Assembly (NCBI GenBank): GCA_048393055.1
Contig: DBFJJS010000013.1
Location: 77,916 to 101,915 of the forward strand
Length of the DNA: 24,000 nt
Direction: 5' to 3'
From: Candidatus Faeciplasma sp.
GTDB taxonomy: Bacteria; Bacillota; Clostridia; Oscillospirales; Ruminococcaceae
Shown here: positions 23,383 to 24,000 of the stretch, piece by piece
Position numbering within the stretch: the first letter of the stretch is position 1
How the letters are laid out: each line of letters starts with the position of its first letter
Notes under the pieces: model-generated
What the model was told of the DNA's origin: nothing
The model's input: the letters and a program-made list of their open reading frames with translations, nothing else
Databases searched by the model: none
Program-made: the position numbers and the translations under genes

Positions 23383-23411
23383 TTTACAAATAAGATCGTC
23401 TGTGGTATACT
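23383..23411 (+). promoter_or_regulatory. Putative sigma-A promoter for the aminotransferase gene
   Basis: TTTACA (23383-23388), 17-nt spacer, TGg-TATACT (23406-23411). Confidence 0.45.
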
Positions 23412-23452
23412 TATGCCTGATGGAAACGTTATATTTAAAGGCGGTGCAAAAA

Positions 23453-24000
23453 ATGAATTACAAAATATCGGATAAATTCGTAAACATGAAGCCTTCCGCT
23501 ATAAGGGAGATCTTTAAGAGCCTCGGAAAGCCGGGCTGCATAAGCTTCGCGGCAGGAAACCCCAGTCCGGAGTCGTTCCCGATCGCCGAGATCAAAAATA
23601 TTGCCGAGGACATTCTTACAAACGACCCGGTGACCGCGCTTCAGTACGGCGTGACGGAGGGCTATCAGCCTCTGAGGGAGCTGGTAAAGGCCCGTCTTAA
23701 AAGGGTATATAACATAGGCGGGGAGGACGATGAGACCATAATAGTAACCGGCGGACAGCAGGGAATCGAGCTCACCTGCAAGGTGCTGTGTAACGAGGGC
23801 GACGTGGTAATAAGCGAAAACCCGAGTTTTATAGGAGCCCTGAACGCCTTCCGCTCGCTTGGGGCAAGGCTTGTCGGTGTGCCGCTTAAGACTGACGGCA
23901 TGAACACTGCGGCACTTGAGAACGCGCTTAAGAATAACACGAGGGCAAAGATAATCTACACTATACCTTCATTCCAGAATCCCGCTGGAATCACCTCGAC
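23453..24000 (+). CDS. PLP-dependent aminotransferase, class I/II (PatA/LysN-like), 5' part only
   Basis: It is absent from the track because there is no stop in the window. The ATG at 23453 translates MNYKISDKFVNMKPSAIREIFK...ISFAAGNPSPESFP...LQYGVTEGYQPLRE...IVTGGQQGIEL...ENPSFIGA, a typical fold-type I aminotransferase N-terminus. Confidence 0.8.
   Translation, partial: MNYKISDKFVNMKPSAIREIFKSLGKPGCISFAAGNPSPESFPIAEIKNIAEDILTNDPVTALQYGVTEGYQPLRELVKARLKRVYNIGGEDDETIIVTGGQQGIELTCKVLCNEGDVVISENPSFIGALNAFRSLGARLVGVPLKTDGMNTAALENALKNNTRAKIIYTIPSFQNPAGITS

Noticed and set aside
1-24000. Mobile elements, prophage, toxin-antitoxin or defence systems
   Set aside because: No transposase, integrase or recombinase ORFs, terminal inverted repeats, tRNA attachment sites or defence-associated domains were seen in any frame.

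Overview
Chromosomal segment of an anaerobic, spore-forming Firmicute (Clostridia-type). The evidence is spoIIP, a CotF-family coat gene, Gram-positive sigma-A-type promoters and a T-box leader. Nearly all genes are on the minus strand, and I found no mobile element, CRISPR array, tRNA/rRNA gene or recognisable defence system. Housekeeping or accessory genes: a UPF0237/UPF0210 pair, spoIIP, a VanY-like M15 lipoprotein, a CBS protein, a small orphan lipoprotein, typA/bipA, tcdA, an AAC(6')-I-like GNAT, cotF-like, metA, metY, an intracellular GH115 plus an amidohydrolase, a DUF975-like membrane protein and a partial aminotransferase. The most interesting region is 10956-18190 on the minus strand. 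A consensus promoter and a T-box leader with an apparent AUC (Ile) specifier drive a single 756-aa ORF that fuses an XRE-HTH, a cupin and an AMP-forming acyl-CoA synthetase. It is followed, with no terminator, by a second promoter flanked by an inverted 11-mer. Next comes a tightly packed operon: P-loop NTPase, four-subunit 2-oxoacid:ferredoxin oxidoreductase (delta-alpha-beta-gamma) and IlvE, with metY and metA trailing. I read this as a candidate tRNA-Ile-controlled cluster that assimilates branched short-chain fatty acids into isoleucine/BCAA by activation, reductive carboxylation and transamination. Other sequence-level oddities are an exact 18-nt leader motif shared by two unlinked envelope-protein genes, a tandem 59-bp repeat carrying 21-bp palindromes upstream of GH115, and a pseudoknot-capable hairpin where an S-box would be expected upstream of metY. 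All calls come from reading the sequence and recalled family motifs; no database search was run.
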